DNA of 64,000 bases from Waddliaceae bacterium (GTDB lineage Bacteria > Chlamydiota > Chlamydiia > Chlamydiales > Waddliaceae): assembly GCA_963724325.1 (NCBI GenBank), contig CAVRUH010000001.1, positions 480,001 to 544,000 of the forward strand, given 5' to 3'. The translations under genes were made by a program, and so were the position numbers. Under the pieces are notes generated by a model. It ran no database searches and was not told the origin of the DNA. It saw only the letters and a program-made list of their open reading frames with translations. Positions 1 to 8,976 of the stretch are shown here, piece by piece; position 1 is the first letter of the stretch, and each line of letters begins with the position of its first letter.

Positions 1-129
1 CAAAAGTGCCACGAAAAGTCGATTGATCATCTCCTTTTGTCCAACGATAACCCTGCTCATTTCATCCATGGCGGCGTGAAACTTCTGATTCGATTGATTG
101 ACTTTTGCTGTTATTTGTTCGATATTCAT
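1..129 (-). CDS. MoxR-family AAA+ ATPase, N-terminus only (runs off window)
   Basis: Manual translation from ATG at 129: MNIEQITAKVNQSNQKFHAAMDEMSRVIVGQKEMINRLFVALL; 'VIVGQ..MI..L..ALL' is the typical MoxR N-terminus. Confidence 0.7.
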   Translation of the reverse strand, partial: MNIEQITAKVNQSNQKFHAAMDEMSRVIVGQKEMINRLFVALL

Positions 130-184
130 ATAACAACTTATTCCAATTTCCCAATTAAATTGCAACAAGCTTATGCGAGAGGCA

Positions 185-333
185 CAAACTGCATTTCAAA
201 AAACTTTTTACAACGCAAAGGAGCAAAAGGCGCAAAGGAGGAGATAGATCATTCTCATAGTTGATATGGTTAAGTCACTTTTCAAACCTTTTTCTTCCTT
301 TGCGTTGTAAAAAGTTTTTGGAAATGCGGTTTG
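185..333. repeat. REP/MITE-like element with 38-bp imperfect terminal inverted repeats
   Basis: caaactgcatttcaaaaaactttttacaacgcaaagga (185-222) matches reverse complement of 296-333 with 2 mismatches; internal gcaaagg repeats. Confidence 0.8.
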
Positions 334-347
334 GTTTTTTTACTAGG

Positions 348-626
348 TCAATTGATTTCGAGCAGATAACGCCCATCTTTGTGTACTAACTTTCCTTCCA
401 GGGTCACAACTTTTGAGGTTGGTATAGAAGAGAATTCACCATCAATGACGAGTTTGGGGTGGCCTTGGCCTTCACAGCAGGATCGAGCATTCGGCAGGTT
501 GGATAATACCCATTCTCCATTAGGCAACTGTTGAGGAAATCCTCGGATCGTAACAATTGTATCGAGGTATTCCGGATCGGAAATGTCCTGTAATGCAAGA
601 ATCGATGCAAGGATAGTGTGGATCAT
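348..626 (-). CDS. Small exported hypothetical protein (possible DUF3299-like OB fold)
   Basis: 92 aa, hydrophobic N-terminus, 'VTIRGF' and 'SCC' motifs; co-oriented 8 bp after the response regulator. Confidence 0.55.
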   Translation of the reverse strand: MIHTILASILALQDISDPEYLDTIVTIRGFPQQLPNGEWVLSNLPNARSCCEGQGHPKLVIDGEFSSIPTSKVVTLEGKLVHKDGRYLLEIN

Positions 627-634
627 TTTAATTA

Positions 635-1324
635 TTATTCATCTTCTTTGAAACGGTAGCCCACACCGCGGACAGTCTCAATGCTCGTAAAGTTGGGACC
701 TAACTTTTTTCTTAAAGAAGCAATATGTACATCAATATTTCTATCAATGATAAAAGCTTCTTCATGTTGAATGTCATCAAGCAACTGATTTCTTGAAAGA
801 ACTTTACCTTTGTGGAGCAATAGTCTACGTAATATGCCGAATTCAGAAAGGGTCACTGGGATCAGCTTATCCTTCTTAAAGAGTTGATATCCCTCTGTAT
901 CCAGTGTGAAATAGCCAAATTTTACGATTTTTGGTCCTGCTTCAGGCTCCTTGCCCCTTCTTAAAACTGCCTTTATTCTGGAAAATAAGACTTTTGGAGA
1001 AAATGGCTTGGCCACATAATCGTCAGCACCAAGCTCAAGCCCAAGAACCTGATCTATTTCCTCCGTCTTGGCAGAAATCATGATCACAGGGATATCCTTA
1101 GTAGTAGAATTATGCTTCATCTTCCGGCAGACATCTAGCCCGCTCTGGCCAGGAAGCATGATATCTAGGACAACCAAATCGGGCTTTTCACGCTCTATAG
1201 CAATCAGCCCGTTTAGGCCATCGACTTCCACGTGAAGAGAATACCCCGAAATCTCAGCCTGCAATTTAATCAGCGCCGCTATATCTTCTTCATCTTCTAT
1301 CAAAAGTAACCGAGGTTTTTGCAT
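635..1324 (-). CDS. OmpR/PhoB-family DNA-binding response regulator
   Basis: Receiver domain (LLIEDE, LDIMLPG, KPF) plus winged helix (R..DVHI..LRKKL, TVRGVGY); ATG 1324 follows GGGAG. Confidence 0.93.
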   Translation of the reverse strand: MQKPRLLLIEDEEDIAALIKLQAEISGYSLHVEVDGLNGLIAIEREKPDLVVLDIMLPGQSGLDVCRKMKHNSTTKDIPVIMISAKTEEIDQVLGLELGADDYVAKPFSPKVLFSRIKAVLRRGKEPEAGPKIVKFGYFTLDTEGYQLFKKDKLIPVTLSEFGILRRLLLHKGKVLSRNQLLDDIQHEEAFIIDRNIDVHIASLRKKLGPNFTSIETVRGVGYRFKEDE

Positions 1325-1427
1325 ACCAATAACTCCCATTTCTGATTTCATTCTATACTTGTAAGAAATTAATTGCTAGTAATCCTCGAAAAGTGTATAA
1401 TACTGCCCAAAATAAGGGATAAATAGG

Positions 1428-1694
1428 ATGCTTCCACGAAAATTTATAATAGTAGCGCTTGTCGTATTAGGCATCGTCTATGGCTGGTACAATTTTTTTC
1501 CACAATCTGCTGAAAATGTCGTGGTTAAGAATGAAAAGTTACCGCCTAGTCGAAAAATAAATAATATTTTAATAGAGCCTAATGCCGAAGACGTATTCCC
1601 TTATATTCCTAATTTTAAAATGGATATAATCGATAAAAATCTCCTTTTCCAGCAATTGGAGAGCGACGAAGAAATCACCATGGAAGATGAATAA
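1428..1694 (+). CDS. Hypothetical membrane-anchored protein
   Basis: 88 aa, one N-terminal TM helix; stop overlaps next ATG. Confidence 0.6.
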   Translation: MLPRKFIIVALVVLGIVYGWYNFFPQSAENVVVKNEKLPPSRKINNILIEPNAEDVFPYIPNFKMDIIDKNLLFQQLESDEEITMEDE

Positions 1695-2623
1695 TGGCAA
1701 TGGTCTTTTTACTGTATGCTCTTTTTGCAAGTGTATTCACCGCCTCAAAAACGGGATTACAATATAGTTCGCCGGTATTTTTTGTCGGATCCAGAATGCT
1801 CCTTGCAGGACTTATACTGGTCGCATATCTTGCCATTTTTAAAAGGGACCAATTACGCATTCAACAGCGACATATTTGGAGTCTAATTTTATTGGCAGTT
1901 TTTAATATTTACCTTACCAATATTCTCGAATTTTGGGGACTGCAATACCTGACGTCATCCAAAACCTGCTTTATCTACAGTCTCTCACCTTTTCTTTCAG
2001 CTTTATTTTCATACTTTATGCTGACAGAAAAAATGAATTACAATAAATGGCTCGGGCTCATTGTTGGTTTTGCAGGATTTATTCCTATCCTTCTAAACCA
2101 ATCCGATTCTGAACAAAGTCTTAAACATTTTTTATTTCTATCATGGCCCGAAATCTCCGTCATGGGAGCGGCCGCATGCAGCGTCATTGGATGGATTTTA
2201 TTGAGAAAAATGGTCAAAGAAAACGGATATTCCACATTCCTTGCTAATGCAGGCAGCATGTGTATTGGCGGAATCATGGCGTTAACTCATTCTTATTTCA
2301 CAGAAAATTGGGATCCTATTCCTGTTACCGAAACCATGCCCTTTCTAGAATGTGCTCTATGGCTCATTGTGGTCTCTAACCTGATTTGCTATAACCTCTA
2401 TGGATGGCTTCTGACACGTTACACAGCCACATTTATATCTTTAGCAGGTTTCACAACTCCGCTTTTCACGGCTTTGTTCGGATGGTATTATCTTGGAGAA
2501 AATGTTACCTTTTCGTTCTATCTGTCGACAGCCATCGTCCTAATAGGACTAACCATCTTCAACAAGGAAGAGTTGAAGCAAGGATATACGAATAATTCAG
2601 TTGCTTCCTTAAGCTCTAATTGA
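1694..2623 (+). CDS. DMT/EamA-family transporter, similar to the chlamydial SAM/SAH transporter
   Basis: About 10 TM helices; 'GSRMLLAG', 'YLTNILEFWGLQ', 'CFIYSLSPF' recall the chlamydial SAM carrier. Confidence 0.8.
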   Translation: MAMVFLLYALFASVFTASKTGLQYSSPVFFVGSRMLLAGLILVAYLAIFKRDQLRIQQRHIWSLILLAVFNIYLTNILEFWGLQYLTSSKTCFIYSLSPFLSALFSYFMLTEKMNYNKWLGLIVGFAGFIPILLNQSDSEQSLKHFLFLSWPEISVMGAAACSVIGWILLRKMVKENGYSTFLANAGSMCIGGIMALTHSYFTENWDPIPVTETMPFLECALWLIVVSNLICYNLYGWLLTRYTATFISLAGFTTPLFTALFGWYYLGENVTFSFYLSTAIVLIGLTIFNKEELKQGYTNNSVASLSSN

Positions 2624-2646
2624 TTATTCTAGTGCCTGAGGTGGCA

Positions 2647-3655
2647 ATGACTTACACGAAAACAGAAAACGAAGTTTATTTTCAGTCTGATACCCTCTAT
2701 TATAATGATCAGATCAATAAAAGTATTCAGCAGGTTCTGCCCCGCTTCGATAAAATAGCCAAGTCTTACGTTTTATTTAATATGACTTATCTCGTTCTCG
2801 GAGTAATCGAAGCAACTTTATTTATTATATTTTTTTCTTCCCTCGTACAATCGGCCCTATTAGCTTTTTGCCTTGCACTTATCTTTTTGACCATTTTTTC
2901 TTATTTTTGTCCTCAGACTTTACCTACAAACACAAAAAGCAGAACAATTTAAAGAAATCCAGGATCGTTATTTAGATGCCTGCAAGCAACTAATTGGCTA
3001 CAAAGACGAACTTCCCGAGCACCATCTTATTTTGGCAAATGCATGTGTAAAATTCGCCACACAACTGAGTGGTCGTGAGTACAAATACTTTCGATTACCT
3101 GGATGGTTGGCTGTTTTGACCGCCGCTGCCGAACAGTGGAGTTACTGGTGGCATTGGCAGGATGTTTTGGCGATGAGAGAACTTTTGCTCAAAAAAGCCT
3201 CAGAAGAGCATATTAAATTAGTTAAAATAGAGCCGACCAGTCTAGAAGTTCACGTAGCTTTAGCTAATGTCTATGTGATGTTGACGGGGTTATATCTTGA
3301 CTTTCTCAATGCTGAAAAGCAATCAGGAGATAATTTAAAGCAAAAGTATCGCAAAATGGCTGAGAAGGCCATTGAAGAGTTTAAAATCTTGAATGATTAT
3401 GCTCCAGATGATCCCTGGGTGCATATGCAGCTTGCTTTCAGTTATCATGATTTAGGAATGCCTCAGGATGAAATTAAGGAATATGAAGCAATTCTCCAAT
3501 TGTGTCCGAATGATTACGATACCTTATTAAAATTAGGGCGTCTTTACTTTCAACAGGGCTACAATTCAAAGGGGCTTCAAGTTTATGAAGCTCTTCGGTG
3601 TCGAGACGGCCAAAAGGCTGAGCAGCTCATAGACTTTTATGGTGAGTGTGCATAG
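2647..3655 (+). CDS. Membrane-anchored TPR protein, split by a +1 frameshift at T5 2904-2908
   Basis: Removing one T joins ORFs 2620-2952 and 3032-3655 via YFVLRLYLQTQKAEQFKEIQDRYLDAC...LANAC; C-terminal TPR-like helices. Confidence 0.75.
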
Positions 3656-3657
3656 TC

Positions 3658-4212
3658 ATGAGAATTATTGCTGGAACTCTCAAGAACAAAGAAATTGCAG
3701 CCCCAAAGGGGGATGTCACTCGTCCAACTTCAGCCTTGCTCCGGGCGGCATTGTTTAATATTTGCCAGCAAGATATTGATCAATCAAACTTTCTGGATTT
3801 ATTTGCTGGTTCAGGTGTGATGGGGATCGAGGCCATCAGCCGCGGAGCAAAATTTGCCACTTTTGTCGATATCGATCGTGAATCTGTCCGCTCCATAAAA
3901 AAAAATATAGATAATGCTGCATTGCAAGATAATACTTTGGTGATTCAAGGAGATGTTCTACAAGTGTTAGACCGTCTGATCCGTCAAGAATGTCGTTATG
4001 ATATCATTTATGCCGATCCTCCCTATGAAGATCAATATAGCAATCTCGTTCTGAAGAAGATTGATCAATCGTCTTTGATTAAATCAGGCGGGATCCTCTT
4101 TTTTGAGGAAAGCAAACGAGCCAAGCTCGATTTTAATTCGCTCACATCTCTCAAATTAATCAGCCAACGTGCCTACGGCCGCTCAGCATTATTTGAATTG
4201 CAGAAAGTATAA
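3658..4212 (+). CDS. rsmD: 16S rRNA m2G966 methyltransferase
   Basis: MRIIAG, TRPT, LDLFAGSG..GIEAISRGA and DPPY motifs. Confidence 0.95.
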   Translation: MRIIAGTLKNKEIAAPKGDVTRPTSALLRAALFNICQQDIDQSNFLDLFAGSGVMGIEAISRGAKFATFVDIDRESVRSIKKNIDNAALQDNTLVIQGDVLQVLDRLIRQECRYDIIYADPPYEDQYSNLVLKKIDQSSLIKSGGILFFEESKRAKLDFNSLTSLKLISQRAYGRSALFELQKV

Positions 4213-4219
4213 GAATTAG

Positions 4220-4276
4220 TTAAAATAGTTCCGAATGACTTGCTATTCGATAGAGGTATAGAAGTGTGTCATTCAT
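4220..4276 (-). pseudogene. Remnant of YafQ-like mRNA interferase toxin (C-terminal 18 codons)
   Basis: MNDTLLYLYRIASHSELF*; resembles YafQ C-terminus 'L.L.R.GSHSELF'; overlaps antitoxin stop. Confidence 0.7.
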
Positions 4277-4535
4277 CAGGATTCATTCCCATCTGCTCCC
4301 AGAAATCATCTATGGAATCAAAGGAATGGCCTCCTCCCTCATCAAGCTCTTTCATAGCAGCAAGGGTGTCCTTATTTGGCTTATGTGGGAAATCTGACCT
4401 GAGATAAGAGAGAATCAATTCACTAAGGTTCATATGTGCCTTTGCGGCAAGCATTTTAATATAGGCCCTTTCATCGGGGGTGCATTCAATGGTCATTTTT
4501 ACTTTTTCGTGGTGTGCATGAGAGTATGTTCCCAT
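4269..4535 (-). CDS. DinJ/RelB-like antitoxin (RHH)
   Basis: 88 aa; C-terminal PNKDTLAAMKE...SFDSIDDF matches DinJ-type tail; GGAGG RBS. Confidence 0.75.
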   Translation of the reverse strand: MGTYSHAHHEKVKMTIECTPDERAYIKMLAAKAHMNLSELILSYLRSDFPHKPNKDTLAAMKELDEGGGHSFDSIDDFWEQMGMNPDE

Positions 4536-4598
4536 AATTTACCTCCTTAGTATGGCTTTATTATACCAATTTCCCAGGATTTATGTAAACACCCTTTT

Positions 4599-5366
4599 CT
4601 AGGGTTTCTCTGTTCCCCAGCGGCGGTGGAGAAAATTTTCGAGGGGGCAGAAGCAGATTTTGTCGATGATTACACCTATAAGAACAATAACGATCATAAT
4701 GCCGACAACAGCTTCCATAGCATGAAGTTCACGGGCATAGTGCAATAAGTGTCCAAGGCCAAATCCGGTAAGAATGGTTACATAAATCTCAGCAGCCATT
4801 AGTGAGCGCCAAGCGAATGCCCAGCCTTGCTTCATTCCACTTACAATAAATGGAAGTGCAGCCGGAATAACAACATATATCCACGTATGAAGCCCTTTAG
4901 ACCCCATGGTGCGGGCTGCACGTATGTAGATCGGCGGGACATGCCTGACGCCTGATTCAGCCGCCAAGGCAATCGACCATACAGATCCCATCACCACAAT
5001 GAAAAACATGGCATCCTCTGTCTGTCCAAACCAAAGCAAAGCCAATGGAGCCCAACAAATGCTGGGGAGCGCTTGAAGTCCGAGCGCTATCACACCAAGA
5101 GTATCTTGCAAAATCTCAAAACGGGCATTCAACAACCCCATTGGCAATCCTATCAAGAGGCCGACAAAATAGCCTTGAATGAGTCGAACCATGGTAACAT
5201 AGATGGCTTCAAGGAGCGATCCATCTGAAATGGAAATATAGTAGTAATTCAATACTGCCGATGGTGCAGGCAGAAGTATGTCAGGCCAGAGGTTCATACG
5301 TGCTAGAACCTCCCAAATAACAATAGAAACAATAAAGAATAGTGCGGAAATAATTGTCCTTCTCAT
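4599..5366 (-). CDS. Sulfonate/nitrate/taurine ABC transporter permease (SsuC/TauC-like)
   Basis: LLPAPS, 'AARTMGS' EAA loop, 'AWRSLMAAE'. Confidence 0.9.
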   Translation of the reverse strand: MRRTIISALFFIVSIVIWEVLARMNLWPDILLPAPSAVLNYYYISISDGSLLEAIYVTMVRLIQGYFVGLLIGLPMGLLNARFEILQDTLGVIALGLQALPSICWAPLALLWFGQTEDAMFFIVVMGSVWSIALAAESGVRHVPPIYIRAARTMGSKGLHTWIYVVIPAALPFIVSGMKQGWAFAWRSLMAAEIYVTILTGFGLGHLLHYARELHAMEAVVGIMIVIVLIGVIIDKICFCPLENFLHRRWGTEKP

Positions 5367-6145
5367 GTCATTCTCTCAGGTAAATTTGTGTGGTGTTGCC
5401 TGAGAAATAACGTAATATCCGATGCGTACATTGCCACCTCAAGGTCGCGGATATCTCTGGGTCGAGGCAGTATAATTTCAAATTGTTCCCGAATTTTTCC
5501 AGGATTGGGTGAAAATAAAACTACTCGACTCCCTAAGCAAACCGCTTCAGCAACGTTGTGAGTGATGAATATAATTGTTTTATTCTGTTCTATCCAGATC
5601 TCTTGAATGTCAAGATAGAGTTGTTCCCGCGTCATGGCGTCAAGGGATGCAAATGGTTCGTCCATTAAAAGTATCTGAGGATTAGGGGCTAAAGCTCTTG
5701 CCAGGGCTACGCGTTGTTTCATTCCCCCAGATAGCTCGTGAACATTGGAGTACATGAATTTTTCTAGTTTCACCATTTGCAAATAGAACACTGCGATTTC
5801 TTTTTTTTCACTTTCGCTTAAATTTGGCTTTAATTTTAGGCCGAACATCACATTATCGAAGACATTAAGCCAGGGAAAGAGAGCCGATTCTTGAAAGAGG
5901 ACGATGCGATCATTTCCGGGTCCCACTACGGGCTTTCCATCCATGTAAATTGTGCCTTGGTTGGGAAAATCTAAGCCTGCAATAAGATTTAATAATGTTG
6001 TTTTTCCACATCCGGAAGGGCCTAAAATGCATAAAAATTCGCCATCTGCAATTGTGAGAGATATATTTTCAAGGGCAGTCACATCATTTGTTGAGGTGGT
6101 GAATACCTTGTAGACCTTGTCGACTATCACTTTGGGTATATACAT
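5363..6145 (-). CDS. Sulfonate/nitrate/taurine ABC transporter ATPase (SsuB/TauB-like)
   Basis: Walker A GPSGCGKT, LFPWL, LSGGMKQR, LMDEPF. Confidence 0.93.
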   Translation of the reverse strand: MYIPKVIVDKVYKVFTTSTNDVTALENISLTIADGEFLCILGPSGCGKTTLLNLIAGLDFPNQGTIYMDGKPVVGPGNDRIVLFQESALFPWLNVFDNVMFGLKLKPNLSESEKKEIAVFYLQMVKLEKFMYSNVHELSGGMKQRVALARALAPNPQILLMDEPFASLDAMTREQLYLDIQEIWIEQNKTIIFITHNVAEAVCLGSRVVLFSPNPGKIREQFEIILPRPRDIRDLEVAMYASDITLFLRQHHTNLPERMT

Positions 6146-6146
6146 A

Positions 6147-7175
6147 TTATTCGATTGTTTGTTTACCGTTTTCTGTTAATAGTTCATTCAATAGTTTTAG
6201 TTCATAGATGCCATGTAAATCCATTTCATGGTTAATCAATCCTACCTTAAATGCCTCTTTTGCATACTTGTAAAGAGATGTTGAAATAGGGTCATATGTA
6301 AATTCAAGGTGTTGCCAGGACCTATCTAGAATTTCTTTTGGGAGTTCAAAACCTGTTTCTTCTTTGAATTCCTGATTAATCATTTTCTTTGCTTCTTCTT
6401 CATGGGTCTTGATCCATTCTGTAAGTTCGAGATGTGCAGCTATCCATTTTTTTATAATGTCCGGATGCTTCTGTAAAAATGCTTTGCTAGATGTTAGGTG
6501 GGTAGTTACATACTGGCCCTTAGTTTCTGGCCAGAGAGAACTTTCTTCAAAGTAAACTTTTCCATTTGCTTGTAATATTAGCCGACTGACCCATGGTTCA
6601 ATAGCCCATGACCCATCTAAGGAGCCATTTTTGAACAGTTCTAATTGATCAGTAGGCTCTGTTGGGATGACAAAGACATCCCCCCCTGTGATTGTAACTT
6701 TGAATCCTTGAGATTGCAACCAGGCCCGCGCAGCAATATCCTGCGTATTCCCGAATTGAGGCGTAGCAATTTTTTTTCCGCGAAAGTCTTTGGGTTCTTT
6801 GATGCGGCCATCAGGTTGCACGATAAGGGCAGCTCCGCCGCTGCAAGCGCCGCAAATGATGCGGACTTCCTCGCCTTTGGATCTTACGAAAGCATTGATT
6901 GTCGGGCTAGGACCGACATATGTCAAGTCAAGGGATCCAGCAAATATTCCTTCCATGGCGCTTGGGCCGGCGTCGTATACATACCATTGTACTTGAATAT
7001 CTTTTCCAAGTCGTTCTTCAAACCAACCTTTTCCGTGCCGAGTTAAGTGGTGACCGATAAGTCCTTGTGCATGAGTGATATTTGGAAAATGTCCGACGTG
7101 AATGATAAGTTTTTCTTCGGCAAATACCGTAGTAAAATAGGTGCACAAAATCAGGATTAAAGAATGAATTCTCAT
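6147..7175 (-). CDS. Aliphatic sulfonate-type ABC substrate-binding protein (SsuA-like)
   Basis: Signal peptide; 'GHFPNITHA', 'YVGPSP', 'ATPQFGNTQD'. Confidence 0.88.
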   Translation of the reverse strand: MRIHSLILILCTYFTTVFAEEKLIIHVGHFPNITHAQGLIGHHLTRHGKGWFEERLGKDIQVQWYVYDAGPSAMEGIFAGSLDLTYVGPSPTINAFVRSKGEEVRIICGACSGGAALIVQPDGRIKEPKDFRGKKIATPQFGNTQDIAARAWLQSQGFKVTITGGDVFVIPTEPTDQLELFKNGSLDGSWAIEPWVSRLILQANGKVYFEESSLWPETKGQYVTTHLTSSKAFLQKHPDIIKKWIAAHLELTEWIKTHEEEAKKMINQEFKEETGFELPKEILDRSWQHLEFTYDPISTSLYKYAKEAFKVGLINHEMDLHGIYELKLLNELLTENGKQTIE

Positions 7176-7216
7176 ATTGCAATTTCTAACATAAAGTTAT
7201 TTTTTTAGCAAATTTC

Positions 7217-7272
7217 CTGTGGCCAGCTCTCTCCGAGAGCTGGCGTCTGCTGTCAGAGACAGCAGACCACAG
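7217..7272. repeat. T-shaped double hairpin (REP-like)
   Basis: ctgtg-[gccagctctc tcc gagagctggc]-[gtctgctgtc aga gacagcagac]-cacag: two perfect 10-bp stems closed by a 5-bp stem. Confidence 0.85.
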
Positions 7273-7274
7273 TG

Positions 7275-7784
7275 TTAACAATATTTCTTTTCTAAATCGG
7301 GAAATATGGTTTTTAGATCCCATAGACATTCCTCGGGAAATGTCTTTTCCTCTAATCCTGTTTCTAATGAAGCCTTAAGTCGCGCTGAGAAGTAGGCATC
7401 GGCCACAATTTCTTTTAACTTTGGTTTCAAACTTGGGTTTTCTGCTAGAGTTTTATGTGCTTTATGCCTAGATTCTTTAATAGAAACGTCCCAGGATTTC
7501 GACTTTAAATTAGGCTGGTATTTTATTTTCAACATATGCATTAATAAAACTTCTAAGTAGCTAGTTAGAGTTCGTTTTTCTGATCTTCCCAAGCTTTCGA
7601 TCTCCTCTATCAAATGATCCATATCCAATTTTGAGAACTCCCTTTTCTTTAGGTGTTTGGCTTGATCATTCACCCACTTGTAAAAATCAGATTCGTACCC
7701 CTCCGATTTTTTTGTACGAGTAGGAACAGATAATCTAAGTTTTTTTGGCGATGCTTTGATTGTTTTTTTTACAACTTTTTCCAT
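7275..7784 (-). CDS. DUF29 family protein
   Basis: YESDFYKW..Q, LD..HLIEEIESLGRSE, LLMHMLK, NPSLK, ETGL...FPEEC. Confidence 0.9.
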   Translation of the reverse strand: MEKVVKKTIKASPKKLRLSVPTRTKKSEGYESDFYKWVNDQAKHLKKREFSKLDMDHLIEEIESLGRSEKRTLTSYLEVLLMHMLKIKYQPNLKSKSWDVSIKESRHKAHKTLAENPSLKPKLKEIVADAYFSARLKASLETGLEEKTFPEECLWDLKTIFPDLEKKYC

Positions 7785-7823
7785 GCTATTCTCTTTTCCA
7801 GGGGATGATATACTATTTTACGA

Positions 7824-8969
7824 TTATTGTAAATTAGTCACATCTTGCACGACAAAGTTCTGCTGTGCTTTAATTTCTCGGGTTGTTTTTTGAGTAAAGT
7901 CGATCTTTTTCAAGTCGACCATCTGAATTTGCAGGCTATTGTAAGTTCTAAAATAGGTTTTGAGATTGTTGCGATCGTGAACAACAACCCATTGTGTATA
8001 TTCGGAATCCTTAGATTCTTTTGCGGGGCCCTTAGCGATATGGCCTTGTAGTTCAGAAGAGACTGTAGGATGTGTTTCTGTGGCTTTTTCCCGAATAATG
8101 CCGAAAAAGATATCGAAAGTATTCAAAATATGAAATCCTAGCCGTGCAGTTTCCTCGCCTGTTGGAGGAGAGGTTGCCCATTGTGAAAACAGAGCAGCAC
8201 GAATAAAGCGAGAAGGAGGAGTATAATCTCCGGGAATTCCTAAAAGTCCGCTACCTTGTCCTATAGGTTTAACCTTATCATCGGAACTTTGCAGTTGAGC
8301 GACATTAATTGGGGATAAATTGACAAAATTTGATAAATTGATGAGGTGCCAATCAAACGAAGGTGAGTTAGTTAAAACACCTACTGGATTATCGTATACA
8401 ACTCTTTTTCCCTTTACATATTCCACAACAATAACTTTGCCCTGGTTGTCAGCTATGTAATAATGGAGAGGAAACGAGAAATTAACCTCTGGGACATTCT
8501 GTTGAGCAACAAGAACTTTTTCCAAAGCTCCTTTTACATCATCCAGATTTGCACATGTACCGAGCAAATATGATGCCAGTTCCCAAGCTCCTAGCGTTTG
8601 ATTTGTACGTGCATTGTCGGGCTTTTCATATTCTGTAAACCCAGGAAGATATAACACACCGATAACCAACCCTTTTTCATTCATGCCATCAGTTACTAGT
8701 GTCGGAGAAATCCACTGATTCATGCCAACAAAACCATATTTTGTTTTCCACTGGAGCCCAGTTTTGTTTTCAGGGGCAGTCCCTTTATAGTCAAATTCTC
8801 TTGGTACAACTAATAAATTCGATTTAAAATCGACTCCAAATTCCATAGAACGGCAATACACATGTGCTCCATCCTGAGATGTTAACTGGAAGGCTGTGCA
8901 AGCATCTAGCGACTGTGTGAAGTAAACTGCACAAAAGCAGATAAGTAGTTTAAGAATTCCTTTCATCAT
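7824..8969 (-). CDS. Secreted choloylglycine hydrolase / penicillin V acylase family Ntn-hydrolase
   Basis: Signal peptide then nucleophile C-T-A; RSMEF, DGMNEKGL, VLTNSP, GIPGDYTPPSRF. Confidence 0.92.
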   Translation of the reverse strand: MMKGILKLLICFCAVYFTQSLDACTAFQLTSQDGAHVYCRSMEFGVDFKSNLLVVPREFDYKGTAPENKTGLQWKTKYGFVGMNQWISPTLVTDGMNEKGLVIGVLYLPGFTEYEKPDNARTNQTLGAWELASYLLGTCANLDDVKGALEKVLVAQQNVPEVNFSFPLHYYIADNQGKVIVVEYVKGKRVVYDNPVGVLTNSPSFDWHLINLSNFVNLSPINVAQLQSSDDKVKPIGQGSGLLGIPGDYTPPSRFIRAALFSQWATSPPTGEETARLGFHILNTFDIFFGIIREKATETHPTVSSELQGHIAKGPAKESKDSEYTQWVVVHDRNNLKTYFRTYNSLQIQMVDLKKIDFTQKTTREIKAQQNFVVQDVTNLQ

Positions 8970-8976
8970 TTCTCCT

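Noticed and set aside
37..264. 75-aa plus-strand ORF
   Set aside because: Overlaps the MoxR start on the opposite strand and the inverted-repeat element
635..1324. Atypical ChxR-like regulator
   Set aside because: The phospho-acceptor Asp and acidic pocket are intact; it reads as an ordinary OmpR/PhoB protein whose kinase lies elsewhere
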